A stretch of 64,000 nucleotides of DNA from an uncultured Gemmatimonadaceae bacterium (lineage in GTDB: Bacteria > Gemmatimonadota > Gemmatimonadetes > Gemmatimonadales > Gemmatimonadaceae). The stretch spans positions 35,135 to 99,134 of the forward strand of contig CBHWDN010000017.1 of the NCBI GenBank assembly GCA_966112585.1, given 5' to 3'. Position 1 is the first letter of the stretch, and the number at the start of each line of letters is the position of its first letter. Below are positions 1-7,800 of the stretch, one piece after another. The notes under the pieces are model-generated. The model was not told where the DNA came from and searched no databases. It saw only the letters and a program-made list of their open reading frames with translations. Both the position numbers and the translations under genes were made by a program.

Positions 1-1
1 C

Positions 2-559
2 ATGCATGCCACGACCTGCACAGGTCTGGTGCTTGGCGGCCTCGATCCGGGCTATCCCTATCTCAACGGAAGCATTGGAAGCTGGGGTTGGGATGTGCGC
101 TCGGGGGCGTTGGTCTCGCCGAAAGCGGGTGACATCATGGGCCAGTGCTCGGTCCAGTGGGTCAGCGACTACATGTGGACGGGCGCCCTGCAGTACCGGG
201 CGGCGCGCGACACCGTGGCAAGCGCGCGATCCGTTGTGGAGGCCGCTAGTTCGCGGACCTTCTCGCGGTTGGTGCTCACTGGCAGTTTGGTCGACGGCAA
301 ACTGAAGACTCGCGTGCACGAGGCCCTTAATAGCGTGGTGTCCAGCGCTGATGCACACGACGCACGTGTCATAGTTCGCTCCACCAACGGTGCGCTGGTT
401 GCCGATATCGGAATTTCACTCAACGCGCTTGCTGATCATCCAAACACGTTCGTCTTCTCGACTGTTCTCGATCAACCTGCGTCGACTCTTGACGGCGCAC
501 ACGTTGAGATTCTTCGGGCCGGAGTCGTTGTGGGGCGTGGACGGGTCAACAGACCCTGA
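2..559 (+). CDS. C-terminal part of a probable M66-like/metzincin zinc metallopeptidase (5'-truncated by the window edge)
   Basis: H..C, DPGYPY, GSIGSWGWD, DIMG (Met-turn) and WVSDY resemble the region after the HExxHxxGxxH motif in M66-like proteins; the zinc motif itself would be upstream of the window. Confidence 0.5.
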   Translation: MHATTCTGLVLGGLDPGYPYLNGSIGSWGWDVRSGALVSPKAGDIMGQCSVQWVSDYMWTGALQYRAARDTVASARSVVEAASSRTFSRLVLTGSLVDGKLKTRVHEALNSVVSSADAHDARVIVRSTNGALVADIGISLNALADHPNTFVFSTVLDQPASTLDGAHVEILRAGVVVGRGRVNRP

Positions 560-590
560 GCGTAAAGGGATACATCGTGAGGAGCCCCAC

Positions 591-782
591 TTGGCGAGAT
601 CTCAATCGCAGAGCTTCGTCGGTTTGCGGCGACGTAGCGGGCCTCTAGTACCCCAGTATCGCATTCGCTTCGTCGAGCCGTCCCGCTTCCTTTCCGCGGT
701 CGTTCGACGCGCCCGACATCAGGCGCATACTCTCGCCCTTGTTGGCTTCGAATACACGAGACTCAACTTGCCGGAGGACTGA
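591..782 (+). CDS. Small hypothetical protein (63 aa, TTG start)
   Basis: GAGGAG 6 nt upstream of TTG at 591; stop abuts the ATG of the SSAP gene at 783. Confidence 0.35.
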   Translation: MARSQSQSFVGLRRRSGPLVPQYRIRFVEPSRFLSAVVRRARHQAHTLALVGFEYTRLNLPED

Positions 783-1544
783 ATGACCATCGACCAAGCC
801 CACGCAAACGTGTTCGCTCGCCTCGCAGCTCCGTTTGAGGCTGACGAGATCGAGTGGCGTGTCGCTCGCGCAGGCATCAAGAACGGACGGCCATGGGCGC
901 AAGTGCTTGCTTATATCGACGCTCGCGCTGCGAGAGCCCGCCTCAACTCGGTACTTGGCCCGGCGAATTGGCGCGTCGAATATTCAGAAGGTCCGCGGCC
1001 AGGCGGAGTCATTGCGACGCTCTCTCTCCGTGTCGACGGAGAATGGATCGCGAAGGCCGACGGCGCGGACGCGACCGACGTTGAACCGGTGAAAGGAGCG
1101 TTGTCGAGCGCTTTCAAGAGGGTGTGCGCCGTGTGGGGGATCGGCGAGCACTTGTATTCGCTTCGCGACATGTGGGCGAACTTCTCCGATACGGGACGCA
1201 ACAACGTACGTATCGACGGCAAAGCCTATCGATGGGACGCACCCATCGTCGGCGCGCACAAGAGTATCACGGGCCCTGGGAGCGTCACAGAATCCGCTGC
1301 GAAACATCGCGCTCCTTTGCGTTCCACAGCAGCGCCCACAATGAAAGCTCATCGAACGATGACGCTCGAAGACGCCGGCGCACAGCACATGCCCTTCGGA
1401 AAGCATCGGGGTCGAGATCTGAGGGATGTTCCGCTCGCCGAACTCTTGAGTGCCAGGGAGTGGGCACAACAAAAGCGCCGGTCGTATCCGGGGTTTTTCG
1501 AAGCCGTAACCCTTTTGGAAGAATTTCAACGATCAGTCGCTTGA
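783..1544 (+). CDS. Rad52/Rad22 (Sak-like) single-strand annealing protein with C-terminal MPFGKH domain
   Basis: LAAPF..EIEWR, AYIDARA..RL..V.G..NW, KADGA....E..KG..S.AFKR....WGIG..LY; C-terminal MPFGKHRG; RBS GGAGG. Confidence 0.85.
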   Translation: MTIDQAHANVFARLAAPFEADEIEWRVARAGIKNGRPWAQVLAYIDARAARARLNSVLGPANWRVEYSEGPRPGGVIATLSLRVDGEWIAKADGADATDVEPVKGALSSAFKRVCAVWGIGEHLYSLRDMWANFSDTGRNNVRIDGKAYRWDAPIVGAHKSITGPGSVTESAAKHRAPLRSTAAPTMKAHRTMTLEDAGAQHMPFGKHRGRDLRDVPLAELLSAREWAQQKRRSYPGFFEAVTLLEEFQRSVA

Positions 1545-1792
1545 GTTACCCACCGCGGGGCTCCGCACCGCTACGCCCCGCGTCTCGAGCGCGTTAACTA
1601 GAGTCGATCATCCTGGCGCAGAGGATCGGGCGTCAATCACATGCTCGCTCAGAATCTAAGAATCGCTGAGGCATGCGAGCAACGTAACAACGGACATTGT
1701 CGTCGAATAATTCCGCGGCACTGCATTCTCTCACCTTCGCCATTGGGCGGCATGCACGAGGGCCTCAACGATCTGTGTGTCGTCGGGGCCTG

Positions 1793-2185
1793 TTACTTGA
1801 GCGTTGCGTTGGCGCCGATCCAGCGACAGATCAGCTTCCACGAATCTGCGCCTGATGCCCTACCGTCGTTCGCGAGCATGTACTGTCTGATAAGGTCGTC
1901 TTTTGCCTCAAGCTGAAACGCATCGCCACCTTTATGCTTGACTCGGAGTCCGCCCGGGGATGCGCTGATTGAGATCAGAAAATCCGATGGACCGCCGGTG
2001 GTCACGGACCATCCCGCCGTGTGTTCGTCCACGAGCTCCTTTACCGCGTTGAGCATTGGCACGTAGTGCTGCACGCGATCTGCGTCGGCCGCCTCCTGCC
2101 GCTGAGCTTCGGCCTGCTGCTCTGCCTGCTTTTCGGCCAGTGCCGCGCGCGCAATTTCCAATCCTCGCTCGATATCGTACTTCAC
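1793..2185 (-). CDS. Hypothetical protein (130 aa, GTG start, coiled-coil N-terminus)
   Basis: AGGAGG upstream of GTG at 2185, 10 nt after the nuclease stop; Ala/Glu/Gln-rich helix. Confidence 0.6.
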   Translation of the reverse strand: MKYDIERGLEIARAALAEKQAEQQAEAQRQEAADADRVQHYVPMLNAVKELVDEHTAGWSVTTGGPSDFLISISASPGGLRVKHKGGDAFQLEAKDDLIRQYMLANDGRASGADSWKLICRWIGANATLK

Positions 2186-2195
2186 TACAATCCTC

Positions 2196-2957
2196 CTAGC
2201 GTTGTGGACCTCGAAAGTTAGCGAGTCTCGCTGGACGAAAAGTGTCGTCGACGCGCCGCGCGACATCGCTGCGCATCCATCCCACCGCCGTTGTGAACGA
2301 CCGTGTCCACGTGTCGCTCTCGCTCGGCGACACCGGCTGCATCGTCTGGATGCAACCGGGGTCTTTTGCGGACGGAATGAGGAATCGGTCGAGCGTATAA
2401 ACGAAGTGCGACCAGCGCCCCTCGGAAGGTCCTAGCGACACGGCTAGTATGTCAAACTCTCCGAAGCCATATGGTCGCGTTTTTTTGTCGTCCTTCTTTC
2501 CGCTACGTGTCTTCTGTACTTCGACCACCCAGTGGTTCGCCGGCCATACGCTGAGCTGTGCGCTCGCTGGCAAGGGCTGCCCCTTTTCCGAGCGCTGCAT
2601 CTTCACCTGAAGCAACACCAAGTCGGATCGCTTCAGGTTGTCATCGCTCGTCGGTGCCTGCGTCAGCTTGAAGTCGTACGGTGGATCGCCCAGCGTCGGG
2701 ATATCACGCCATCCGTCTTTTTGAAGCGCTGGCAGGACTTCCGTTGCCCAAGCGCTCTCGGCGAAGATGCCGCGAATCATGCGTATCGTGAGTTCGCCGG
2801 CACGCGACAGCGAGTCAAGAATGCCATCCACGGTCACCATGAGTTTGGTTTCCATGGGGTGCGGCGCCAGCAGTGAACGAAGATGCGCTAGCGCCAGGCG
2901 CCGCTCAGATTCGCTCATCCGTTCGAGTAATTGTTTTACTTCGTCAAGATCACTCAC
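2196..2957 (-). CDS. Putative type II restriction endonuclease (PD-(D/E)XK-like)
   Basis: YD...LQVK resembles a PD..(Q)xK catalytic motif; EFDILAV; divergent from the methyltransferase; GGAG RBS before GTG at 2957. Confidence 0.55.
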   Translation of the reverse strand: MSDLDEVKQLLERMSESERRLALAHLRSLLAPHPMETKLMVTVDGILDSLSRAGELTIRMIRGIFAESAWATEVLPALQKDGWRDIPTLGDPPYDFKLTQAPTSDDNLKRSDLVLLQVKMQRSEKGQPLPASAQLSVWPANHWVVEVQKTRSGKKDDKKTRPYGFGEFDILAVSLGPSEGRWSHFVYTLDRFLIPSAKDPGCIQTMQPVSPSESDTWTRSFTTAVGWMRSDVARRVDDTFRPARLANFRGPQR

Positions 2958-3057
2958 CGACGCTCCAAACGTTGGGACGCGCAAAAGTCCCCGGGCAGTT
3001 TGGCACTGCCGGATAGCCCGGGTGATATTGCGTCCTTAACTTCCCGCCGACTACGCC

Positions 3058-4107
3058 ATGCCGCAAGGCTCAGCTCGACTCAAGCCCCGTAAAATGGCCA
3101 CCCAGCAGCCGCTCGATTTCTCCACGCATCAGAATCCCAGCACGTTGGTGCAGGGACTCAAGCCCGACTACACCACGCCTTACGGCGCGGCGTACCTTGG
3201 CGACTCGCGCGACATGCTGAAGGCGTTGCCGGATAGCAGCGTCAATCTGGTGTTCACATCGCCGCCGTATGCGTTGCACTTCAAGAAAGAGTACGGCAAC
3301 GTCTCGAAGAACGAATACGTCGAGTGGTTCTGCACGTTCGCTTGCGAGATCTTCCGCGTTCTGACGGATGACGGGTCGTTCGTGCTCAACATCGGTGGCA
3401 GCTATAACAAGGGCATCCCAACGCGTTCGACGTATCACTTCAAGACGCTGCTGGCGCTCACCGACGAACTCAACTTTCATCTTGCGCAAGAATTCTTTTG
3501 GTACAACCCCGCAAAGATGCCGATGCCTGCCGAGTGGGTCACGGTGCGCCGCATCCGCGTGAAGGACAGCGTGGAATACGTGTGGTGGTTTTCAAAGACA
3601 CCACACCCGAAGGCGAACAATCGCCACGTGCTGCGCGAGTACAGCGCGGACATGATCCGCCTCAACAAGCGCGGTGTGCGCGCAACCGTGAGGCCTTCTG
3701 GGCACAACATCACGAGCGACTTCGACAAGGTGAACGCGGGCGGCAGCATCCCGCCGAACGTCAGTGAAGACGAGCAGCTCGGCTACGTGCGAGACGAGCT
3801 TTTTGACGACGCGATGCTCGCTGCCAGTGACTGGATTCGAGCCGGCAACAACGCCGCCAACGACCAGTACACGCTCCGCTGCAAGGAGGCCGGATTGAAG
3901 ATCCACCCCGCGCGCTTCCCCGCAGCGCTGCCGGAATTCTTCGTGAAACTCTGCACTGAGCCCGGGGACGTCGTGGTCGACCCGTTTGGTGGATCCAATA
4001 CGGCGGGCGCAGTGGCAGAGAGGCTGGGTCGGCGCTGGCTGATCGGCGAGACTGTTCCCGAGTACCTGGCCGCGTCGCGTTTCCGGTTCGATAGCATCAC
4101 GGGGTAA
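3058..4107 (+). CDS. Site-specific DNA methyltransferase, beta class, N4-cytosine type, M.PvuII-like
   Basis: TSPPY catalytic motif, [53 protein letters not shown]; matches my recollection of M.PvuII along most of the length. Confidence 0.92.
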   Translation: MPQGSARLKPRKMATQQPLDFSTHQNPSTLVQGLKPDYTTPYGAAYLGDSRDMLKALPDSSVNLVFTSPPYALHFKKEYGNVSKNEYVEWFCTFACEIFRVLTDDGSFVLNIGGSYNKGIPTRSTYHFKTLLALTDELNFHLAQEFFWYNPAKMPMPAEWVTVRRIRVKDSVEYVWWFSKTPHPKANNRHVLREYSADMIRLNKRGVRATVRPSGHNITSDFDKVNAGGSIPPNVSEDEQLGYVRDELFDDAMLAASDWIRAGNNAANDQYTLRCKEAGLKIHPARFPAALPEFFVKLCTEPGDVVVDPFGGSNTAGAVAERLGRRWLIGETVPEYLAASRFRFDSITG

Positions 4108-4177
4108 GCGCGGCGGCGTTGGGGCGCGCGAAAAGTTCAGGGTAGAGATCAAGGTTTTCACTTAGCCTGGATCTCTC

Positions 4178-4330
4178 GTGCGTAAACTCTGGTCTTGCGT
4201 GGCCTGCCTGCCGCGACTGCTGCTGACGCTCGTTGTCCTGGCGATCTGCCTCATCGCCTTCGGATACGCGTTCCCGTTCCTGCTCGTCGTGGCGATACTC
4301 GGCGCGATTTTCGGAGCGTGCGCGGGGTAG
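4178..4330 (+). CDS. Small hydrophobic membrane protein (50 aa; not in ORF track)
   Basis: GTG-start ORF VRKLWSCVACLPRLLLTLVVLAICLIAFGYAFPFLLVVAILGAIFGACAG*, with two hydrophobic stretches; RBS weak. Confidence 0.45.
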   Translation: MRKLWSCVACLPRLLLTLVVLAICLIAFGYAFPFLLVVAILGAIFGACAG

Positions 4331-4433
4331 TGGCCGCCTAGAGGCGGCGATGTGGCGCAAAAGCACGGATGCCCTACACTCTCGGCTCCCGCGCCGCCAG
4401 GCGCTTCCCCTGTCCCTCAGCGCATGAGTCGAT

Positions 4434-5831
4434 ATGCGTCTCTCCACTCTTGGAACCCGAGGGTCTCGGGTCTCCATTCACGTTCGTCGTGATCGCGGTA
4501 ACCGACTTTATTTTCAGTGGCCTCGTCGAGAGCCGTCCGAGTCCGGGGCGCGCGGCGGCTATAACAAAGTGGCTAGCAGCCTAATTTGGCCGAATAACCG
4601 GCGCGACCAGCGGAGCGTCGAAAATGAGGCCGAGGTTCGCGCCGCCATGATCTCGGATGCGCTTCGCGCGGGGCAGCCGACCGCCCGAGTTGAGGCGCTG
4701 GCGCTCGGCCTCGATGCAGCGTCCATCGCACGTGAGGAGCCCACGCCTCCTAAGTCGGCGCCGACCACCATCACGCTGCGCGACGTCTTCCTTCACGCCA
4801 TTGGCCCCTCTCCGCGGGGAATTCCGCCCCGGAAGCGTATTCTCCGGCGCGAGTTCTGGGCCGCGAACCCGCCGTCGCCGCGGGGGATCTATGTGAGCTG
4901 GACGCTCCAGGCCCGGACGGCCCGCGCCCTTGCCGACCAGATCGAAGATAGACTTGGCGCCGACCGAGCTTTCCTTGAGATCACGGCCAACGATACCCGG
5001 TCCTTGTGGGAGACAGGCGTGGCAGACAACGCCATGAAGCGGGTCAGCGTCTTGCTGCGCGCGTCCCGCTGGGCGGAGCGCGAGTATCGGGTGAGCCACG
5101 GTTACCGGGCGCTGGCGCTCGCGCATGGCTGGCAAGGCAAGGTGGCAGCGGCCTGCCGGCCGGTGGCCAAGCGGGTGAGCAGGGAGAAGCGCTACTCCGT
5201 TCCGGAGGCGGGCCGCCTGTGGAGGGTGTTCTACGATCCGGCCTCACCGATTCACCCCGTGCTGCGGGATGCCGTGCTCCTAGGTGGGGAACACCGTCTG
5301 GGCCAAGTGATCAACACCACGCTCGCCAACACGGTGAATGTGTCGTCGGCTTGGGCATTTAAGCCGCCTGAGCAGGAGCGCAAGCAGACTGCTTGGCTGA
5401 TCGTCCCCTTTAGACACTTCGAACGCTTCCGGGAGATCCTCGACGCGGCCGCGCGCCGGCAGGACCAGCGCCTGTTCCCACTGTCGCGGGGCCCACTACT
5501 CAAGGCCTGGCGCCACGCGGAGGAGCTAGCCGGCGTGCCGCACTTCGGGTGGTACGGCATGCGCCGGGCGATGGTCGACCTCTGCGACTTGGCCCGCACC
5601 GAGCTGCTCCGCGACGCGGAGGACCCGCTAGATGTCGTAAGCGAAGTGGTGCTGGACGCCATCTCGGGGCACCGGTCCCGAGACCAGCGAGGGTGGTACC
5701 GGGATTCGCCAGTCGGGGTGCGGACCGCTCCGATGCAGCCCTCGGGCATGTGGACGGTCATGGTCTGCGCGATGCGGGTCGCCCAGCGGGCGCGCGAAAT
5801 GGCATTAGCGCGCGCAGACAGCCCGCTCTAG
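4434..5831 (+). CDS. Divergent tyrosine recombinase/integrase
   Basis: Catalytic-like pattern HRLGQ (R), ERKQ (K), WYGMRR (Y replacing H in HxxR), ISGH (H), GWY (Y); adjacent to the tRNA 3' end. Confidence 0.75.
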   Translation: MRLSTLGTRGSRVSIHVRRDRGNRLYFQWPRREPSESGARGGYNKVASSLIWPNNRRDQRSVENEAEVRAAMISDALRAGQPTARVEALALGLDAASIAREEPTPPKSAPTTITLRDVFLHAIGPSPRGIPPRKRILRREFWAANPPSPRGIYVSWTLQARTARALADQIEDRLGADRAFLEITANDTRSLWETGVADNAMKRVSVLLRASRWAEREYRVSHGYRALALAHGWQGKVAAACRPVAKRVSREKRYSVPEAGRLWRVFYDPASPIHPVLRDAVLLGGEHRLGQVINTTLANTVNVSSAWAFKPPEQERKQTAWLIVPFRHFERFREILDAAARRQDQRLFPLSRGPLLKAWRHAEELAGVPHFGWYGMRRAMVDLCDLARTELLRDAEDPLDVVSEVVLDAISGHRSRDQRGWYRDSPVGVRTAPMQPSGMWTVMVCAMRVAQRAREMALARADSPL

Positions 5832-5841
5832 TCCACGCGGT

Positions 5842-5863
5842 TGACCCCATGATGACCCCATCA
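5842..5863 (+). repeat. Tandem 11-bp direct repeat TGACCCCATGA/TGACCCCATCA (candidate integrase arm-binding sites)
   Basis: Two adjacent copies with one mismatch, between the integrase stop and the tRNA-Gly end. Confidence 0.55.
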
Positions 5864-5864
5864 A

Positions 5865-5899
5865 CGAAACGCCGGCCCCATTCAGAGGCCGGCGTTTCG
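5865..5899. terminator. Hairpin between convergent integrase and tRNA transcripts
   Basis: 13-bp stem CGAAACGCCGGCC/GGCCGGCGTTTCG with a 9-nt loop. Confidence 0.7.
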
Positions 5900-5914
5900 A
5901 AGTTTCTCGAATAG

Positions 5915-5987
5915 AGCGGGAGACGGGACTCGAACCCGCGACATCAAGCTTGGAAGGCTAGCGCTCTACCAACTGAGCTACTCCCGC
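5915..5987 (-). tRNA. tRNA-Gly(TCC), CCA not encoded
   Basis: GCGGGAG/CTCCCGC acceptor stem, AGCTCAGTTGGTAGAGC D-arm, CTTCCAA anticodon loop, GTTCGAGTC T-loop; followed by CTA. Confidence 0.96.
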
Positions 5988-6028
5988 GTTGTCCGTCGTA
6001 CCCGATGCAACTGCCATCGGTCCTGCAG

Positions 6029-6111
6029 TGGTGGGAGAAGGATTCGAACCTTCGAAGGCTTGCGCCGTCAGATTTACAGTCTGATCTCGTTGGCCACTTG
6101 AGTATCCCACC
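6029..6111 (-). tRNA. tRNA-Tyr(GTA), CCA not encoded
   Basis: GGTGGGA/TCCCACC acceptor stem, CTGTAAA loop, long variable arm, GTTCGAATC T-loop. Confidence 0.96.
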
Positions 6112-6138
6112 CAAGTCTGTCTGCCCGGGGCCAGGTCA

Positions 6139-6211
6139 AGCTGACGGTCGGGATTGAACCGACGACCTGCTGATTACAAATCAGCTGCTCTACCAACTGA
6201 GCTACGTCAGC
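6139..6211 (-). tRNA. tRNA-Thr(TGT), CCA not encoded
   Basis: GCTGACG/CGTCAGC acceptor stem, TTTGTAA loop, GTTCAATC T-loop. Confidence 0.96.
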
Positions 6212-6326
6212 AGAAGGACCCGAACACCCAGAGTCACCTAGGATAATCGGGGCTCGGCTTCCATGAAAGCCCCGACCATTCCCCAGGTGCAACTCCTTGC
6301 GGCGTAAGGCCTTAGAACTCCGCCAG

Positions 6327-7733
6327 TTACCCCTTACGCCAGCGGGTGCCTTGCGGGCCGTCCTCAATAAGGATGTTTCGTGCCGTCAACGCGTCACGGG
6401 CGGCGTCGGCCGCGGCCCAATCCCGACGCTCACGCGCCGACTTTCGGGCCTCCAGCTGCGCCTCCACCCACGCCCCCAACTCTTCGTCGGTATCCTGCTC
6501 CGGCACCAGATCCAAGACGCCATCCATCAGTCGAAACGCCGCACGGGCACGCTCGAGCGCGGCGGCGTCCGTCCCACCGGCGTCGAGTTCACGATTGGCC
6601 TCGGTGATGAACGTGAACAACGTTGCCATCGCTTCCGGCGCATTGAGGTCATCGTACAACGCCTCGATGAAGGCCTGCTCGGCACGCGTCGCGGCCTCCG
6701 CCAACGCGGCCGTGGCACCGGTGGCTTCCGACAACCTGCGCGCGAAGGCACCCACACGATTCACCGCCGTACGCGATGCCTCGAGTGAGTCCTCGCCAAG
6801 GTTGAGCTGCTTGCGGTAGTGCGCGCTGAAGACGAAGTGGCGATACGCGGTGCCACTGATACCGGCATCACGCAGTCCGACCACGTTCGACACGTTGCCC
6901 ACTCGCTTCGCCATCTTCGAGCCGTCGGTGAGCAGGAACTCTCCATGGCACCAGCACCGCGCAAACTGCTTGCCCGTGGCCGCTTCGCTCTGCGCGATCT
7001 CGTCTTCGTGATGCGGAAAGATCAGGTCGATACCACCCGCATGCAGGTCGAACGTTTCGCCAAGGTATTTCATGGCCATCGCGGAGCATTCGAGATGCCA
7101 CCCCGGACGTCCACGGCCCCACGGTGAATCCCACGCGGCGCCAGTTTCTTCGTCTTCGGCCTTCGCGGCTTTCCACAGGGCAAAGTCCTGCGCGTTCTCC
7201 TTCGCGTACTCGTCCTGCGCGACACGCGCACCCGCACGCACTTCACGCTTGTCGAGCTGCGACAGCTTGCCGTAGTCGGCAAAGCGATCGATCGCGAAGT
7301 ACACCGAACCATCCTCGGCGATGTACGCCACGTTGTTCGCGACCAGTCGCTCCACGAGCTCGATCATCTCGGGGATGTGCTCGGTGGCCTTGGGATAACG
7401 CTCGGCGTCTTCGATACGGAGATAGTGCCGATCCGTGTGAAACAGATCGGTGTACGGCTCCGTGACCTGCGTGATGCTGATCCCTTCCTTCTGCGCCTTC
7501 TTGATGATCTTGTCGTCGACGTCGGTCAGGTTCATGACCTGATCCACCTGCCAACCCACGAGGCGGAACACGCGACGCAGCAAGTCTTCAAACAGGAACG
7601 TGCGGAAATTGCCCAGATGCGCCGCGTTGTAGACGGTGGGTCCACACGTGTACATGCGCACCGTATGACCATCGACGGGTGCGAACGGCTCGACGCGACG
7701 CGTGAGCGTGTTGTACAGGCGGAACTCGGGCAT
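6327..7733 (-). CDS. cysS: Cysteine--tRNA ligase
   Basis: MYTCGPTVY, HLGN (HIGH), GRPGWHLECSAM, HHEDE, KMAKR (KMSKS), IEDGPQGTRW; start placed at MPEFRLYNT. Confidence 0.97.
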   Translation of the reverse strand: MPEFRLYNTLTRRVEPFAPVDGHTVRMYTCGPTVYNAAHLGNFRTFLFEDLLRRVFRLVGWQVDQVMNLTDVDDKIIKKAQKEGISITQVTEPYTDLFHTDRHYLRIEDAERYPKATEHIPEMIELVERLVANNVAYIAEDGSVYFAIDRFADYGKLSQLDKREVRAGARVAQDEYAKENAQDFALWKAAKAEDEETGAAWDSPWGRGRPGWHLECSAMAMKYLGETFDLHAGGIDLIFPHHEDEIAQSEAATGKQFARCWCHGEFLLTDGSKMAKRVGNVSNVVGLRDAGISGTAYRHFVFSAHYRKQLNLGEDSLEASRTAVNRVGAFARRLSEATGATAALAEAATRAEQAFIEALYDDLNAPEAMATLFTFITEANRELDAGGTDAAALERARAAFRLMDGVLDLVPEQDTDEELGAWVEAQLEARKSARERRDWAAADAARDALTARNILIEDGPQGTRWRKG

Positions 7734-7800
7734 GGGAATCGGTTGCGCGGATACGATGGAGCGCAGAGACGACGACCACGGGGGCGGTCGCGTCTCACGG

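Larger units (their letters stand above)
1..5915. mobile_element. Putative integrative element/genomic island (right end) inserted at the 3' end of tRNA-Gly; left boundary lies outside the window
   Basis: Tyrosine-recombinase-like gene converges on the tRNA-Gly 3' end. Cargo is an RM pair, an SSAP and hypotheticals. Tandem 11-bp repeats lie between the integrase and the tRNA. The second att copy is not visible. Confidence 0.7.

Noticed and set aside
2196-2957. R.PvuII ortholog or controller protein
   Set aside because: Much longer than R.PvuII with no recalled similarity; no HTH controller ORF in the divergent gap.
4097-4477. 126-aa charged minus-strand ORF
   Set aside because: Better explained as the antisense of the hydrophobic ORF 4178-4330; it overlaps both neighbours.
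1-5915. Intact prophage
   Set aside because: No structural, packaging or lysis genes in view; only the integrase, SSAP and RM cargo can be supported.
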